Assembly (NCBI GenBank): GCA_964019335.1
Contig: OZ025743.1
Span: 186,001-250,000 of the forward strand
Reading direction: 5' to 3'
Source: Diplonema japonicum
Lineage: Eukaryota; Protista; Euglenozoa: Diplonemea
DNA: 64,000 bases
Each line of letters starts with the position of its first letter. Within the stretch, counting starts at the first letter, position 1. The translations under genes were made by a program, and so were the position numbers. The notes under the pieces were generated by a model. That model searched no databases. It was not told the origin of the DNA and was given only the letters and a program-made list of their open reading frames with translations. Below, in pieces: positions 45,201-60,200 of the stretch.

Positions 45201-48200
45201 CTGCGTAGTCGACGTACTGCAGAGGGAGGTCGGGCAGCATGTGAGGCTGGTCGACAACAAGCGAGTGGTACACAGTGGTCAGCTCCTCCAGCAGGATACC
45301 CACAGACCACCCATCTGATATGATGTGGTGCATTGTCAGAATAAACACGTGGCGTGTGGCGTCGAGCACAGCAAGCTTCGCGGTGAACAACGGGCCCTCT
45401 GAAAGGACAAACTGCATCCCAGCTGCCTTCTCCGCCATCTCTACTGCAGCGTCCATTCCCGACACCTTAACCACTTCTAGCTGCATGGTGTCGTTCATCT
45501 CTTCGATCGTCTGGTAAGGGAACCCGGCTTCTGTCGTTCTGAACACTGCGCGCATGCCTTCGTGGCGTTCCACCATAATACGGAACGCGGCTTTGAAGAC
45601 GTTGGGGTCTATCATTCCGTGAACCTCCATCGCGCACGGGATGTTGTAAGCACAGCAACCTGTAGAGTCCATCTGGTCCAGCACCCACAGGCGCTGTTGT
45701 GCAAATGAGACAGGTAGCTCCCTGCCACGCGCTGCTCTGTCGAGCTTGGTGATGTCAGGCACGACATTGTGCAGCCTGTCCTGGGCAACGACTTCGGCCA
45801 GGCCTCTGATGGTCGGGTTGTCGAATAAGTCCTTCAGCTTGATCTCTTTTCCAAACACGTCGGACAGCTCTGCCACCAGCTTCACTGCTAGTAGCGAGTG
45901 GCCTCCCAAGTCGAAGAAGTTCCCTGTAGCACTCACAGATTCCCTCCCGAGGATCGCTGTCCACACCGTGTGCACGGCTGCTTCGGTCTCGCCCTCAAGC
46001 TCCACACATTGTTCTTCTTCATACATCGGAACAGGGAGCCTCTTCCTGTCTACCTTTCCACCAGTGTATGGGAACCCTTCCATCACAACATACGCCGAGG
46101 GAACCATGTACCCTGGCAACGATGCTGCTAAACACTCCTCCACAACCTCGAGGTTTGCCTCGCCTAAGATATACGCCACGATGCGCTTGTCACCAGGGTT
46201 GTCCTCCCTTGCCATGCAGATGGTCTCCTTCACGTTTTCGCATGAGCGGATCAAGGCCTCGATCTCCCCGAGCTCGATCCTGAAGCCTCTGATCTTCACC
46301 TGGTGGTCGATCCTTCCGAGGTACTCGATAGTTCCTGTCTCACCCTGCCTCACCAAGTCCCCTGTCCTGTAGATCCTGTTCGAGGGGTCTAAGTCCTCAG
46401 AGGGGGACAGGAAGGGATTCGGGATGAACTTCTCCTTCGTGAGGTCGTCCCGGAAGAGGTAGCCAGTTGCAAGCTGCGCTCCCCCGACACACAGCTCCCC
46501 CGCCACCCCTTGCGGGACCAGCTGCATCTCCGACGACACCACGTAGCAGGTCACGTTCGAGCGAGGGACCCCAATCGGGGTGCTCGTCGCTCCCGCCGCG
46601 AGCTCCCAGGTCGTTGCGATCACGGTGTTCTCGCTGGGACCGTACGCATTCACCAGGCGTCGTCTCCTCCCCGCCTCCGCGTTCCGTCCCCACTTCTCCA
46701 CCGTTCCCACAGAGCAAGCCTCCCCACCGGTCACAATCGTCTCCAGCTCCCCAAGACCTTCCGCAGGAAGAACTGCCAGAAGAGACGGTGGGAAGAGGAG
46801 AACGTTCACCCGCTCCCGACGGAGGAGCCTCTCCAACTCCACCCCGAGAAGCTCCTCCTTCTTCCCCATGCACAGGGTCGCCCCGCTCGTCAGCGTCGTG
46901 AACACCTCCCACACAGACGCATCGAAGCAGTAGGTGCTGAACTGCAGCATCCTCATCCCCTCCCTCGTCACCTCGTTCTCCTTGTTGTCCACCACCAGTG
47001 AAAGGAGACCTCTGTTCGTGAGAACAACACCCTTCGGCTTCCCTGTCGACCCAGAGGTGTAGATCACGTAGGCGGGGTCGGCCAGCTGAGTGGCAACGTG
47101 CGGGAAGTCGTGTTTATCGCTATGCTCCAAGGTATCCACATGAACAGCGTGGGCGGAGGGCGGGAGGGCGATCAGGTTGCTGAGATCGGATGTTGTCAGC
47201 AAATGCGTTGCTTTCGAATCAGCCAGCATGTAGTCGAGCCTGTCCTTCGGGTATGTCGGATCAAGGGGGAGGTAGGCAGCACCCAACTTCAGGGCAGCTA
47301 AGATCGAGGTGATCATGTACGGGCCTCTGTGAAGCGAGAGACCAACAACAGAACCTCTGCACACACCGTGCGTGTGGTAAAGAGTGGCAGCAAGACGCTG
47401 CGCCTCGGCGTGCACGCTGGCGTAGGTGAGGTGCGTGTCGTAAAAAGACACGGCAAGGCAGTCTGCGTATTCATCAGCAACGCGAAGGAGGTGCTCGTTG
47501 ACGCTGCTGACTTGCGGCAAAGACACGGCGGTCCTGTTCAGCTCCACTGCGAGGTGGTGGGCCTCGCTGTTGGTCAACATCATGAGATCCGCAATGAGAG
47601 CATCAGGGTTGCCTGCCACAGACTCCATGAGTGTTGCGTAGTGTTGCAGCATTCTCTGCATGGTGCTGGCGTCCCACAGGTCCGTGTTGTACTCCAAATT
47701 CAAGTACAGCCCGTCTGCAGCGTCGTTGGTGGAGAACTCAATGTCGAACTTCGCAACATGGGACTCCATCTCCAAAGGTGCTACTTCCAATCCGCCTCGC
47801 GGTTGCACCTCGCTGCTCACTGAGTCGTTCTGAAGGAACACGATCTGGTACAGTGGGTTCCTACTGAGGTCCCTCTCGGGGCGTAGGTCTTCAACGATAC
47901 TTTCGAACGGCATTTCTTGATGGGCAAAGGCCTCTAAGCAAACAGCGCGCACCTTATCCAGAAGGGACTTGAAAGTGTCCTTCTTGGGGTCGAAACCTGT
48001 GCGGAGTACAAGCGTATTGACAAAGAAGCCGATCAGATCCTGTGTCTCTGGCTGGTCGCGCCCCGCCACCGGCGAGCCTACCACAACGTCGTCCTGCCCG
48101 CTGTATTTGTAGAGCAGCACTTTAAACACTGCCAGCAGCGTCATAAAGGAAGTGCATCCAGCTGCCTTTCCAATGCTGTGCACCGCTGCAGATATCTCGC

Positions 48201-51200
48201 TGTCGATCCGGAGTCCTTCTGCTGCGCCGTTGAAGGTCTGCACCATGGGTCTGGACCTGTCGGTGGTGATCTCCATGGTGGGAAGACCTGACAAAGCGTT
48301 GCGCCAGTACCCAAGGAGGGTGTCCTTTACACGCGGGTCCTGCAGCCAGTTGCGCTGCCACACCGCGTAATCATGGTACTGCACCGCAAGGGGTGGGAGG
48401 GTCTCACATGCCGTCTCGTCGGTTGCACAGTTGTAAAGCGTGAAGATGTCGTTCATGAGCACAGACAACGACCACCCGTCGCACACGATGTGGTGGATGC
48501 ATATCAACAGCACGTAGTCCTCCTCGCTCGTTTGGATCAGGCTGACCCGTAGAAGTGGTCCGGTCGCCAAGTTGAATGGTGTACCAACCTCTTTTTGGAC
48601 CAAAGCCAACACCTGTGGCTCCACCGGAAGTGACTCTCTAAGGTCGAAGCGGTTGACAGCGAACGAGATCTCATCGGCAGGCTGCACCCTCTGCACACCG
48701 TTTTCGATTACCGTTCGCAGCACAGCGTGCCTCCTGACAAGAAGATCAAAGGCACCACACAGTACATCAGGCTGCTTCAACCCCTTCACCTTGACAGCAA
48801 TCGGCATGTTGTACGCAACGCTGTCCGGGTCCATGAAGGTGAGGATGTACAGACGGTGCTGAGCGTGTGACAGAGGGTACTCCGTTTGCTGCGGCTGGGC
48901 GGTGATGGGTGGGATCTCGAGTTCGTTGGATGAACCAAGTATCTCGGCCAACTGCTTCACGGACGGTGCCTCAAACAAGTTCTTCAGGCTGAGCTGCAGA
49001 CCGAGCTCCTTCTGCACCGCGGCGATCAGTCTGATGGCAAGCAGCGAATGGCCGCCGATGTCGAAGAACGACACGCCGCACCCCACTGCCTCCACACCAA
49101 GCATCCTGCAGAACAACGCGTGCAGCTTCTCCTCAACAGGTGTTGCTGGGGCATCGCTTGCATCGCCAGTCCCCAGTCCGCCCCATGTCGGCTCGGGAAG
49201 CTTCTTCCTGTCTATCTTCCCGCTTACGAGCATCGGGAACCTTTCCAACACCACGACTGTGTTCGGCACCATGTACCCAGGGAGCTTCTCTCGCACCCCG
49301 GACACAACTTCCGACTGGTCGACGACGTTGCCCTCATTTTGCACGACGTACGCTACTATCCTCTTCTCGCCTTTGCTGTCCTGCTTCACCACCACGCAAG
49401 CTTCGCGTACAGAGGTCGTGCTGCTTCGCACGGCGTTCTCGATCTCCCCAAGCTCAATGCGCAGCCCTCTGATCTTCACCTGGAAGTCTATCCTGCCCAC
49501 GTACTCCACAGCACCGTTGGAAAGGTGCCTGCAAAGATCGCCTGTGCGGTAGAGCCTTGTCCCGTTGACAGTCGGGAATGTTGTGTGTGTCTGCTTGGGT
49601 TTGTTGAGGTACCCTCTGCCAAGCTGCACACCGGCAATGCACAGTTCGCCGAATGCGCCAATAGGAGCGGGGTTGAGGTACTGGTCAAGTATGAACGCCT
49701 GCGTGTTCGCAACAACCCACCCGATCGGGACCGTTCCCTTCATGTTCTTGTGGCACTTGAACCAAAGCACCTCGATGGAAGTCTCCGTAGGGCCGTACAG
49801 GTCGTATAGCAGGCAGTTCCTGAACCTCTCGTGGAAGTCGTTCGACATCTTAACTGTCAGAGCTTCGCCTGATGCCCAGGACAGCCTCACACTGTCGAGT
49901 TTAGGCGCCCACTCCTCTCCCACTACTGAGCAGAACACATCGAGCATGGAAGGGACGAAGTGCAGCACTGTTACCTTGAACCTGCCCACAAACTCTGCAA
50001 TGTACTGCGGGTCAGAGTGGCCTCCTGGCTTGGTATACGCCAGCTCTGCGCCGTCCTTCAGCGGCCAGAAGGTCTCTGCGACAGACACGTCAAAGACGTA
50101 GGGTGTCTTCTGCATCACAACGTCGCCTGCTTTGAGTGGGTGACGTGCTGCCAACCACTTGATCCTGTTCACCGTCCCAGAGTGCTGCAACATCACCCCC
50201 TTCGGGAGCCCCGTCGACCCCGAGGTGTAGATGATGTAGGCGAGGTTCTGCGCCGTTACGTATGACACTGGTCGCTCATCGGGCATGCTAGCTACCTCTT
50301 CCCATTCAGCATCGACGGCCAGCACAGTCACGTACTGTCCCATAGAAGGCAGGTTTGCAGCCACGGCCCCTTGCGTCAAAACAACAGGCGGTTTGCAGTC
50401 GTTGACAATGTACTCAGTTCGCTGCGACGGGTTCGAAGGGTCGACGGGCACGTAGCACCCGCCTGCTTTCAGCACCGCCAGTTGCGCTACCAACATCTCC
50501 ACAGACCTCTCGAAGATGATGACCACGGCTGTCTCAGGACCGATACCCTGTGTGTGCAACCAGTTAGCCAGCTGATTAGCCTTGTTGTCCATTTCCCTGT
50601 AAGTCAGGGGTTCTGTCATGCCCTCCACGATGACACATGGCGCATCAGGTTCGCAGTCGACACGGTGCTCGAACATCCCGTGCAAGGTGGTGCCCTCGCC
50701 GTCGGAGTATTCTTCGTGAGTGTCATTCCACTCGACTTGTGCCACGTGGCGGTCTGTGTGTGTGCTCATCTCATATGAGTAGATGCACTTCACTGGGTCA
50801 TCCGACACCTCACGCAGCACTGACATGTAGGAGTTCAAGAACTTCTCTGCAGTGCTCCTCAGGAACAGGTCTGTGTTGTACTCCAGCACCAGCTGCAGCC
50901 CGCCGGAAGCCATCTCCTGTGCGAAGAGCGTCAGCTCGAACTTTGTTGTAGTCGTTGTCCTCTGTATGGGTGTTGGACCTCCCTCGCTGATGCCCTTGGC
51001 TTCCGCATCTTGCAGTACGAACATAACTTGGAAGAGAGGGTTCCTGCTCATGTCCCTTTCAGGCTGCACTGCCTCGACTACCCTCTCGAAGGGCACGTCT
51101 TGCTCGTTCAGGGCACCTATCACAGTGTTGCGCAGCGATGCGAGGTACGACAAAAACGTGGGGTTGCCCCCTGTTCGCTGTCTGATGACAAGCGTGTTGA

Positions 51201-54200
51201 TGAAGAAACCGATGAGGTTCTCTGTTGCAGCACTGCCACGACCTGCCACAGGCGTGCCCACCGAGACGTCGTCTTGGTTGGAGTACCTGCAGAGCACAAC
51301 GTTCCACGCTGCTAGCAGCACCATGAAGAGCGTAGCATCGTGGGTGCTGGACAGCCGCTTCAGACCATCAGCCACGTTGGGTGCAATGCCGGCCTTGACT
51401 GCCGACCCATTATAGGTCTGCAGCAGAGGTCTCTTGTGGTCTAAAGGCAGGACTAAAGGCGGTGCGCCTTCCAAGTGGGTTCTCCAATATTGCAGTTTGC
51501 GGTGCAGAACGTCTCCCTGGAGCCACCCGCGCTGCCAAACGGAGTAGTCGGCGTACTGTACAGGGAGAACCGGAAGCTGCAGGTCTTCGCCAGTGTATAA
51601 CACAGCGAGCTCTCTGCCTAGGACCTTCATGGACCACCCGTCTGCAACGATGTGGTGTATGTTGACGGACAGTACGTTCTGCACACCGAAGCTGATGACC
51701 TTCACGCGCAACAGGGGGCCCTTCGCGAGGTCGAACACATAGTCCGAATCCTTCGCAACGATCTCTTCAAGCTCCGCCTCTGTTTCTACTTCTGCGGTCA
51801 CGAACAGCGGTGGCAGTGTGTCGAGCACCATCTGCCTCCCGGTGCCCTCGTCGTCGCTCACGAACACAGTTCGCAGTACTTCGTGCCTTGCGACAAGTTC
51901 GAAGAATGCTCTCTTCAGCTTGCCCTGGTCCAGAATGCCCTCCCACTGCAACACGTTGTGAATGTTGTAAGCACTCCCTCCACCTTCCAGCCTGTCGATC
52001 ACCCACAGCCTTTGCTGGGAAAACGACAACGGGAACGTGTCCTGCCCGTCGAGCCTGTCCACGGTCAGCGGTGGTGCCATGTCCGTGTTGCCCTCGCTCA
52101 TGGACACCACACGAGCCATGCCACGTACGGTGGGCGCTTCAAAGAACTCCTTCAAAGAAACCTCAACGCGTATCTTGTCCCTCACCCTTCCCACCACAGC
52201 GACAGCAAGCAACGAGTGGCCTCCCAAGTCGAAGAAGTTGGCTGTCACGCTAACCTTCTGAGCTCCCAGTACTTCCATCCATATCCCTTGCACTGCTAAC
52301 TCAACAGCATCAGCAGCCTCTACATAGTCACCTTCAAGAGAGTTGTAAGACTCAGGTACAGGGAGCCTCTTCCTGTCGACCTTGTTCCCAACAGTCATGG
52401 GGAAGGCGTCCAGGGAGACGAAGGAGGAAGGAACCATGTAGAAAGGAAGCCTGTCAGAAAGGTAAGAGGTGAGACCTGTCGCCACCGAGTCAGAGGAGGG
52501 GTTCACGAGGTAGGCAACGATGCGCTTGTCACCGGGCACGTCCTCGCGAACAAGGCACAGCGCGTCGTCGAAGCCCCCGAACTGCTGCATCAAGGCCTCG
52601 ATCTCCCCGAGCTCGATCCTGAAGCCTCTGATCTTCACCTGGTGGTCGATCCTTCCGAGGTACTCGATAGTTCCTGTCTCACCCTGCCTCACCAAGTCCC
52701 CTGTCCTGTAGATCCTGTTCGAGGGGTCTAAGTCCTCAGAGGGGGACAGGAAGGGATTCGGGATGAACTTCTCCTTCGTGAGGTCGTCCCGGAAGAGGTA
52801 GCCAGTTGCAAGCTGCGCTCCCCCGACACACAGCTCCCCCGCCACCCCTTGCGGGACCAGCTGCATCTCCGACGACACCACGTAGCAGGTCACGTTCGAG
52901 CGAGGGACCCCAATCGGGGTGCTCGTCGCTCCCGCCGCGAGCTCCCAGGTCGTTGCGATCACGGTGTTCTCGCTGGGACCGTACGCATTCACCAGGCGTC
53001 GTCTCCTCCCCGCCTCCGCGTTCCGTCCCCACTTCTCCACCGTTCCCACAGAGCAAGCCTCCCCACCGGTCACAATCGTCTCCAGCTCCCCAAGACCTTC
53101 CGCAGGAAGAACTGCCAGAAGAGACGGTGGGAAGAGGAGAACGTTCACCCGCTCCCGACGGAGGAGCCTCTCCAACTCCACCCCGAGAAGCTCCTCCTTC
53201 TTCCCCATGCACAGGGTCGCCCCGCTCGTCAGCGTCGTGAACACCTCCCACACAGACGCATCGAAGCAGTAGGTGCTGAACTGCAGCATCCTCATCCCCT
53301 CCCTCGTCACCTCGTTCTCTTTGTTGTCCACACACAGGTTCACAAGCCCGCGATGGCTCAAGGCCACCCCCTTCGGCTTCCCTGTCGACCCAGAGGTGTA
53401 GATCACGTAGGCAGGGTCTTCCCCGCTCCTCAAACCCTCCACTTCTGCTGCTTCCACAGGTGTCACCACCACCCCTTCTGCACCAGAAAACACAGACTCC
53501 AAAACCAGCTTCCTTGCCTCTCCGGTCTCCACGCACTCCCTGCAGCGTTCAGAGACCACCACCAAGGGAACCTTGGAGTCCTCAACCATGTAGTCGAGCC
53601 TGTCCTTCGGGTATGTCGGGTCGAGGGGAAGGTAGGCTGCCCCCAGCCCCACGATCCCCAGAACCCCGACGATCATCAAGGGGGAGCGTTCCACGCAGAT
53701 GGCCACAAGGTCCCCCTTCCTCACCCCTGCCGAGGCGAGGCTGCGGGACATGCGTCCTGCCATCTTCCGAAGCCGCTCGTACGACAGGCTCTCTCCGTCG
53801 GAGAAGCGCAGTGCAAGAGCGTCGGGCTGCTCCGCACACTTCGCCCAGATCCACTCGTCGATCGTCTCGTACTTTGTTGTCGGCACTACCGTCGTTTGGT
53901 TCCACTCCTTCACGGCACAGTGCTTCTCCTCGTTGCTGAGGAAATCGTGAACCATTGCCTCAGGGTTTTCCGAGACGCATACCATGAGGTTGTGGTAGTG
54001 TGCGAAGAGCCTCCTGACGTCCTCCGCGTTGAAGAGGTCGGTGTTGTATTCCGCAGTGAAGGCAACACTACCGTCAGCAGACTCGACGGCACCGATGGAC
54101 ATGTCAAACTTTGCGATCGTGCCGTCTGTCTGGAAGGGTGCCATGGCGAGGCTGCCGAGCGAAGCGTCTGCAGCCGACGCAGACACGTTGGTCATGGCGA

Positions 54201-57200
54201 AGGCAAGCTGGAAAAGGGGGTTCCTGCTGAGGTCACGGTCCGTGTGGACCGCTTCCACGATCTTCTCGAAGGGCACATCAGGGTGTGCATAGGCGTCCAG
54301 ACAGGTTTTTCTGACTCTTCTGCAGATCTCGTTGAAGTCAGCACCCTCCAAATCAGTCCTCAACACCAACATGTTGACGAAGAACCCGATAAGGGGCTCG
54401 GTCTCCTTGCGCACCCTGTTTGCGATACCGGTGCCAACAACAATGTCCGTCTGCCCTGACCAATGTCTCACAAGGAGCTTGAAAGCAGCTAGAAGAGTCA
54501 TGAAGGTTGTGCAGCCTTGCTTCTTGCCGACTTCTGTGAGCTTGGTGACATGCACGGCGTCTAAGGTCATTGTCTCGAGGGACCCGCTGAAGGTCTGCGT
54601 TAGCGGTCGTGGCTTTGTGGGCATCTGCACGGTGGGAAGGCCGTCCAGTGTAGCTTTCCAAAAGGCAAGCTTCTCCTCTAGCACCGCTCCTGAGAGATGT
54701 GTTCTCTGCCAAACTGCAAAGTCAGCATATTGAACCCGCAGCTCGGACAACCCCGTGTGCGTGCCGTTGATTAGTGAAGTGTACATCAATGACAGGTCCT
54801 TCAGCAGGATGCTCAGCGACCACCCGTCGGAGACGATGTGGTGCATCACAAGGACTACAACGTGTTTGTAGACGCCCGTCTTCACAATGCTGGCACGGAA
54901 GAGCGGTCCTTCAGTTAGGTTGAAAGGCTTGTTGATCTCCGATGACACAAACTGCGACAGCTCACCTTCTGCATCCCAGCTCTCCTTGTGCGTCCAGTCG
55001 TGGTAGGCAACCTTGAGAGGTGCGGTGCTTGCGTCTTGTACCACTTGCATGGGCTTCCCACTTACCTCAGTGAACACTGTCCTCAAGGACTCGTGTCTCT
55101 CGTGTAAATTTTTGATTGCATCCACAAACTTGTCTTTGTCCAGCACCCCGTCCAGTGTCATCGCAGCAGGAATGTTGTAGGCTGTGTTTCCCTGCTCCAG
55201 TCTGTCCAGCACCCACAGCCTCTGCTGTGTGTACGAACAAACAACAGGCACCGACTTGTCAACAGCTTCGATCGGTGCCAACGTCAACTGCTTCGCGTCT
55301 TCCACGCACTTCGCAAACTCCATCAGCACAGAGCTTTCGAATATGTTCTGCAGCTCAATCTCCGCCCCCAAGCTGCTCTTCACCGCAGAGACAAGACGCA
55401 CCGCAGCTAGAGAATGGCCACCGATCTCGAAGAAGTCGTCCATTGCAGACACACTGCCTACGCCAAGGATCGTTCCCCACAACTGCGCTAGTACCTTCTC
55501 CGTCTTTGTTGTCGGCTCAACATATCCCTGCTGCTTGGCAGCATGGAGGTCCGGCTCCGGAAGCTTCTTCCTGTCGTACTTCCCAGTTGCACCTCTCGGG
55601 AAGTCTTGGAGGATGACAAAAGCATGGGGAACCATGTATCCCGGGAGGCTGGCGGAGAGGAAGGTGTGGAGGTCTTGGGAAGAGAGGGTCTCCCAGTGTT
55701 CCCCTGCGAGGATGTAGGCGACGAGCCTCTTGTCCCCAAGGGCGGTCTCCCTCGCGAGGCAGATGGAGTCGTGGACCTGAGGGTGCTCCGAGAGGCGCGC
55801 CTCGATCTCCCCGAGCTCCACGCGGTAGCCTCGGATCTTTACCTGTTGGTCCACCCTCCCCAGGAAGTCGATGTTCCCGTCCGGGAGGTACCTCCCCAGG
55901 TCCCCGCTCCTGTACATCCTGTCCCCTTCCCTCCCGGTGAAGCGGTTCGGGACGAACACCTTCGGGGTGAGGTCGTCACGCTTCCTGTAGCCGCGAGCCA
56001 CCTGCCTCCCCCCACACACGATCTCCCCGGCCACCCCGACAGGGAGCGGGTTCAGGTATTTGTCCACCACGTACAGCTGCAGGTTGCAGTTCGGACGACC
56101 AGCAGGTGCCCCCTTCCCGTACCCGTCGGCCCCGCCGCCGTCGTGCGGAACCACGAACCAAGACACCTCGCACGAGCACTCCGTAGGCCCATAGGCGTTG
56201 ATGAGCTTTCGGGTCGGGGTCGCCCACTTCTCCACGATCAGATTGATACACGGTTCCCCGGCGCTCACCAGCACCCGCAGGCGCGGGCACCCGACGCTCT
56301 CCATCGTCTTCAGCAGAGCAGGAGGGAACATCCCCGCATCCACCTCGTTCCGCTCCATGAACCCCACCAGGTTGTCCCCGAGGAGCTCCTCCTTCGCAGC
56401 CATCCACAGGGTCGCTCCTGTCATGAACGCCATCCCGAACTCCAAGATCGACGGGTCGAAGCTGTACGTGTAGAACTGAAGCATGTTGTCCCCGGGACGA
56501 AGCCCGTACTCCCTGTTCAGCGACACGCAGTTGTTGAGAGGGCCCTGTTGCATCACTTCCACACCCTTCGGCCGACCGGTCGACCCTGACGTGTAGATCA
56601 CCATGAACAGGTCTTTCAGAGACCTCCCCTCACGAGAGGGGTTCTCCCTCTTCCCGCTGCTCTTCTTCTTCTTCTTCTCACACTTCGTCTCGAAGAAGGC
56701 ATCAAGGAGAATCACCGTCTCCGCACCGTGTCCCTCGCACACCGTCTCCGCGAGGCGCGAGTCGCTCACCAAGAACTGCAGCCCAACATCTTCCATCTGG
56801 TAGACGAGCCTCTCCCGAGGGTAGCTCGGGTCCAGCGGGGTGTATGCCCCGCCAGCCTTGTGCACCGCCAGAAGAGCAACGGGGAGCCTCCAGCTTCGCT
56901 CCACGCACACCCCGACCACAGTGTCCCGCTGCACCCCGGCTTCAATCAGAGCGTGCGCCAGCTCGTTCGCCCGCCCGTTCACCTCGCTGTAGGTGAGGTG
57001 CTCTTCTTCGAACACCACGCACACCTGGTCCGGCATCTCCTCCACCCGCTCCTCGAACTGCGCGTACAGCGGCTTCGAAGGCAGCTCCAGCTCAGTGTCG
57101 TTCCACTCGTACAGAACCTGGTGGCGCTCAGCTGGGGTCAAGATGGTGACGCGGCTGATGGGTGTCTCAGGCGCAGCTGCGAGTTGATCCAAGCACATGG

Positions 57201-60200
57201 CGAAGTGCCCTAGCATGCGGTCGGCCGTGGAAGCGTCGAACAGATCGGTGTTGTGCTCCAAGAAGACCGTCATGCCATTCGCGTGCTCTTGGCAGATGAA
57301 AGAAAGGTCCCACTTGGCAACATTCCCCTCCGGCACCACCAAGGTGAGGTTGACACCCGGGATGGCCACCTCACGTTTCTCTTTCTGATGCATCATGAAC
57401 ATGACTTGGAAGAGAGGGTGCCTGCTTGCATCCCTTTCAGGCTTCAACGTCTCAACAAGCCTGTCAAAAGGTAAGTCTTGATTGGCGTAAGCATCGAGGC
57501 AGCTGCCCTTTACCCTGCGCACGAGCTCCACGAAGCTTGGTACATCGCTGACGTCAGTGCGCATGACTTGCATGTTTACGAACAGACCCAGCATCCTGCT
57601 AGCCTCTGCCTTGGTTCTATTTGTTATAGGCGTGCCTAGCACAATGTCGTCTTGACCAGAGTAGCAGTGCATCAGAACGTTCAGTGCACTGAGCATCGTG
57701 ATGTACGTACTCGCACCAGTCCTGATCGAGATCGCTTTCATCTTCTCGACAACACCAGCAGCCAGGTCAATAGATGCGTTTGCACCCACAAAGGTCTGCT
57801 TCGGGGGGCGCTGCCTGTCGGTTGGGATCTGGAGCGTTGGCAGGTCTGCGAGACGGTGCGCCCAGTATGCTTCTTGTTCTTGCATCTCTTCGGTGAGGCT
57901 TCGCTGCCAGACAGCGAAGTCCGCGTACTGCATCTGCGGAGCAGGCTCGAGAATTCCTTCTTTAGTGTAGAAATGCGTGTACAGGCTTTGAATGTCCGCG
58001 AAGAGAATGGGCACGGACTCACCGTCCGAGATGATGTGGTGCATTGTGAGGAACAGCGTTGCCTGCTTGTCAGAAACAACGACCAGCTTCACGCGGAACA
58101 TAAACTCAGCGCTCATGTCGAACGGCTGCCCTTGTTGCACAGAGATTTCGCGGAGAATGCTGTCCTTTTCCGTTTGTGGTTTGCCTCTCACATCGACCAC
58201 GTCAAGGGGTTTGAACGTCCATGGGTGCACAACTTGCACAGGGCCCTCCTCAGAATCATCCCTGAACATGGTGCGCAGCGGCTCGTGGCGCTTTGTCAGC
58301 TCGTTCAGAACCGTCTCGATGAGCTCGGGTTTCACCTCACCTTCAAGGCAAAGCTCCATGGGAGCGAGGTACGCACCCGAGTCGTCCTTGCTAATCCTGT
58401 CCAGCAGCCAAAGCCTTTGCTGCGCGAAGGACATTGCCATTTTCGTAGGCTCGCCTTCTTTTCTGAATTGTTTTACCATGACCTTCTCGCTTCTGCCCTC
58501 CAATGCGATCTTGTCCACTACACCAGCCACGCCTGCTACAGTCGGCTGCTCGAAGAACTCTTTCAAAGGAACCTCAACGCCGAACTGCTCCTTGATGCGC
58601 CCGGTGAGTCTCACTGCTAGTAGCGAGTGGCCTCCCAAGTCGAAGAAGTTGGCTTTGACGCTAACCTTCTCCGTGTTCAGCAGCTCCTTCCACAGTGTCT
58701 CCAACCCCCTCTCTGTTTCACTCGTAGGTGGCACGTATTCACCTTCAAGAGAGTTGTAAGACTCAGGTACAGGGAGCCTCTTCCTGTCGACCTTGTTCCC
58801 AACAGTCATGGGGAAGGCGTCCAGGGAGACGAAGGAGGAAGGAACCATGTAGAAAGGAAGCCTGTCAGAAAGGTAAGAGGTGAGACCTGTCGCCACCGAG
58901 TCAGAGGAGGGGTTCACGAGGTAGGCAACGATGCGCTTGTCACCGGGCACGTCCTCGCGAACAAGGCACAGCGCGTCGTCGAAGCCCCCGAACTGCTGCA
59001 TCAAGGCCTCGATCTCCCCGAGCTCGATCCTGAAGCCTCTGATCTTCACCTGGTGGTCGATCCTTCCGAGGTACTCGATAGTTCCTGTCTCACCCTGCCT
59101 CACCAAGTCCCCTGTCCTGTAGATCCTGTTCGAGGGGTCTAAGTCCTCAGAGGGGGACAGGAAGGGATTCGGGATGAACTTCTCCTTCGTGAGGTCGTCC
59201 CGGAAGAGGTAGCCAGTTGCAAGCTGCGCTCCCCCGACACACAGCTCCCCCGCCACCCCTTGCGGGACCAGCTGCATCTCCGACGACACCACGTAGCAGG
59301 TCACGTTCGAGCGAGGGACCCCAATCGGGGTGCTCGTCGCTCCCGCCGCGAGCTCCCAGGTCGTTGCGATCACGGTGTTCTCGCTGGGACCGTACGCATT
59401 CACCAGGCGTCGTCTCCTCCCCGCCTCCGCGTTCCGTCCCCACTTCTCCACCGTTCCCACAGAGCAAGCCTCCCCACCGGTCACAATCGTCTCCAGCTCC
59501 CCAAGACCTTCCGCAGGAAGAACTGCCAGAAGAGACGGTGGGAAGAGGAGAACGTTCACCCGCTCCCGACGGAGGAGCCTCTCCAACTCCACCCCGAGAA
59601 GCTCCTCCTTCTTCCCCATGCACAGGGTCGCCCCGCTCGTCAGCGTCGTGAACACCTCCCACACAGACGCATCGAAGCAGTAGGTGCTGAACTGCAGCAT
59701 CCTCATCCCCTCCCTCGTCACCTCGTTCTCTTTGTTGTCCACACACAGGTTCACAAGCCCGCGATGGCTCAAGGCCACCCCCTTCGGCTTCCCTGTCGAC
59801 CCAGAGGTGTAGATCACGTAGGCAGGGTCTTCCCCGCTCCTCAAACCCTCCACTTCTGCTGCTTCCACAGGTGTCACCACCACCCCTTCTGCACCAGAAA
59901 ACACAGACTCCAAAACCAGCTTCCTTGCCTCTCCGGTCTCCACGCACTCCCTGCAGCGTTCAGAGACCACCACCAAGGGAACCTTGGAGTCCTCAACCAT
60001 GTAGTCGAGCCTGTCCTTCGGGTATGTCGGGTCGAGGGGAAGGTAGGCTGCCCCCAGCCCCACGATCCCCAGAACCCCGACGATCATCAAGGGGGAGCGT
60101 TCCACGCAGATGGCCACAAGGTCCCCCTTCCTCACCCCTGCCGAGGCGAGGCTGCGGGACATGCGTCCTGCCATCTTCCGAAGCCGCTCGTACGACAGGC

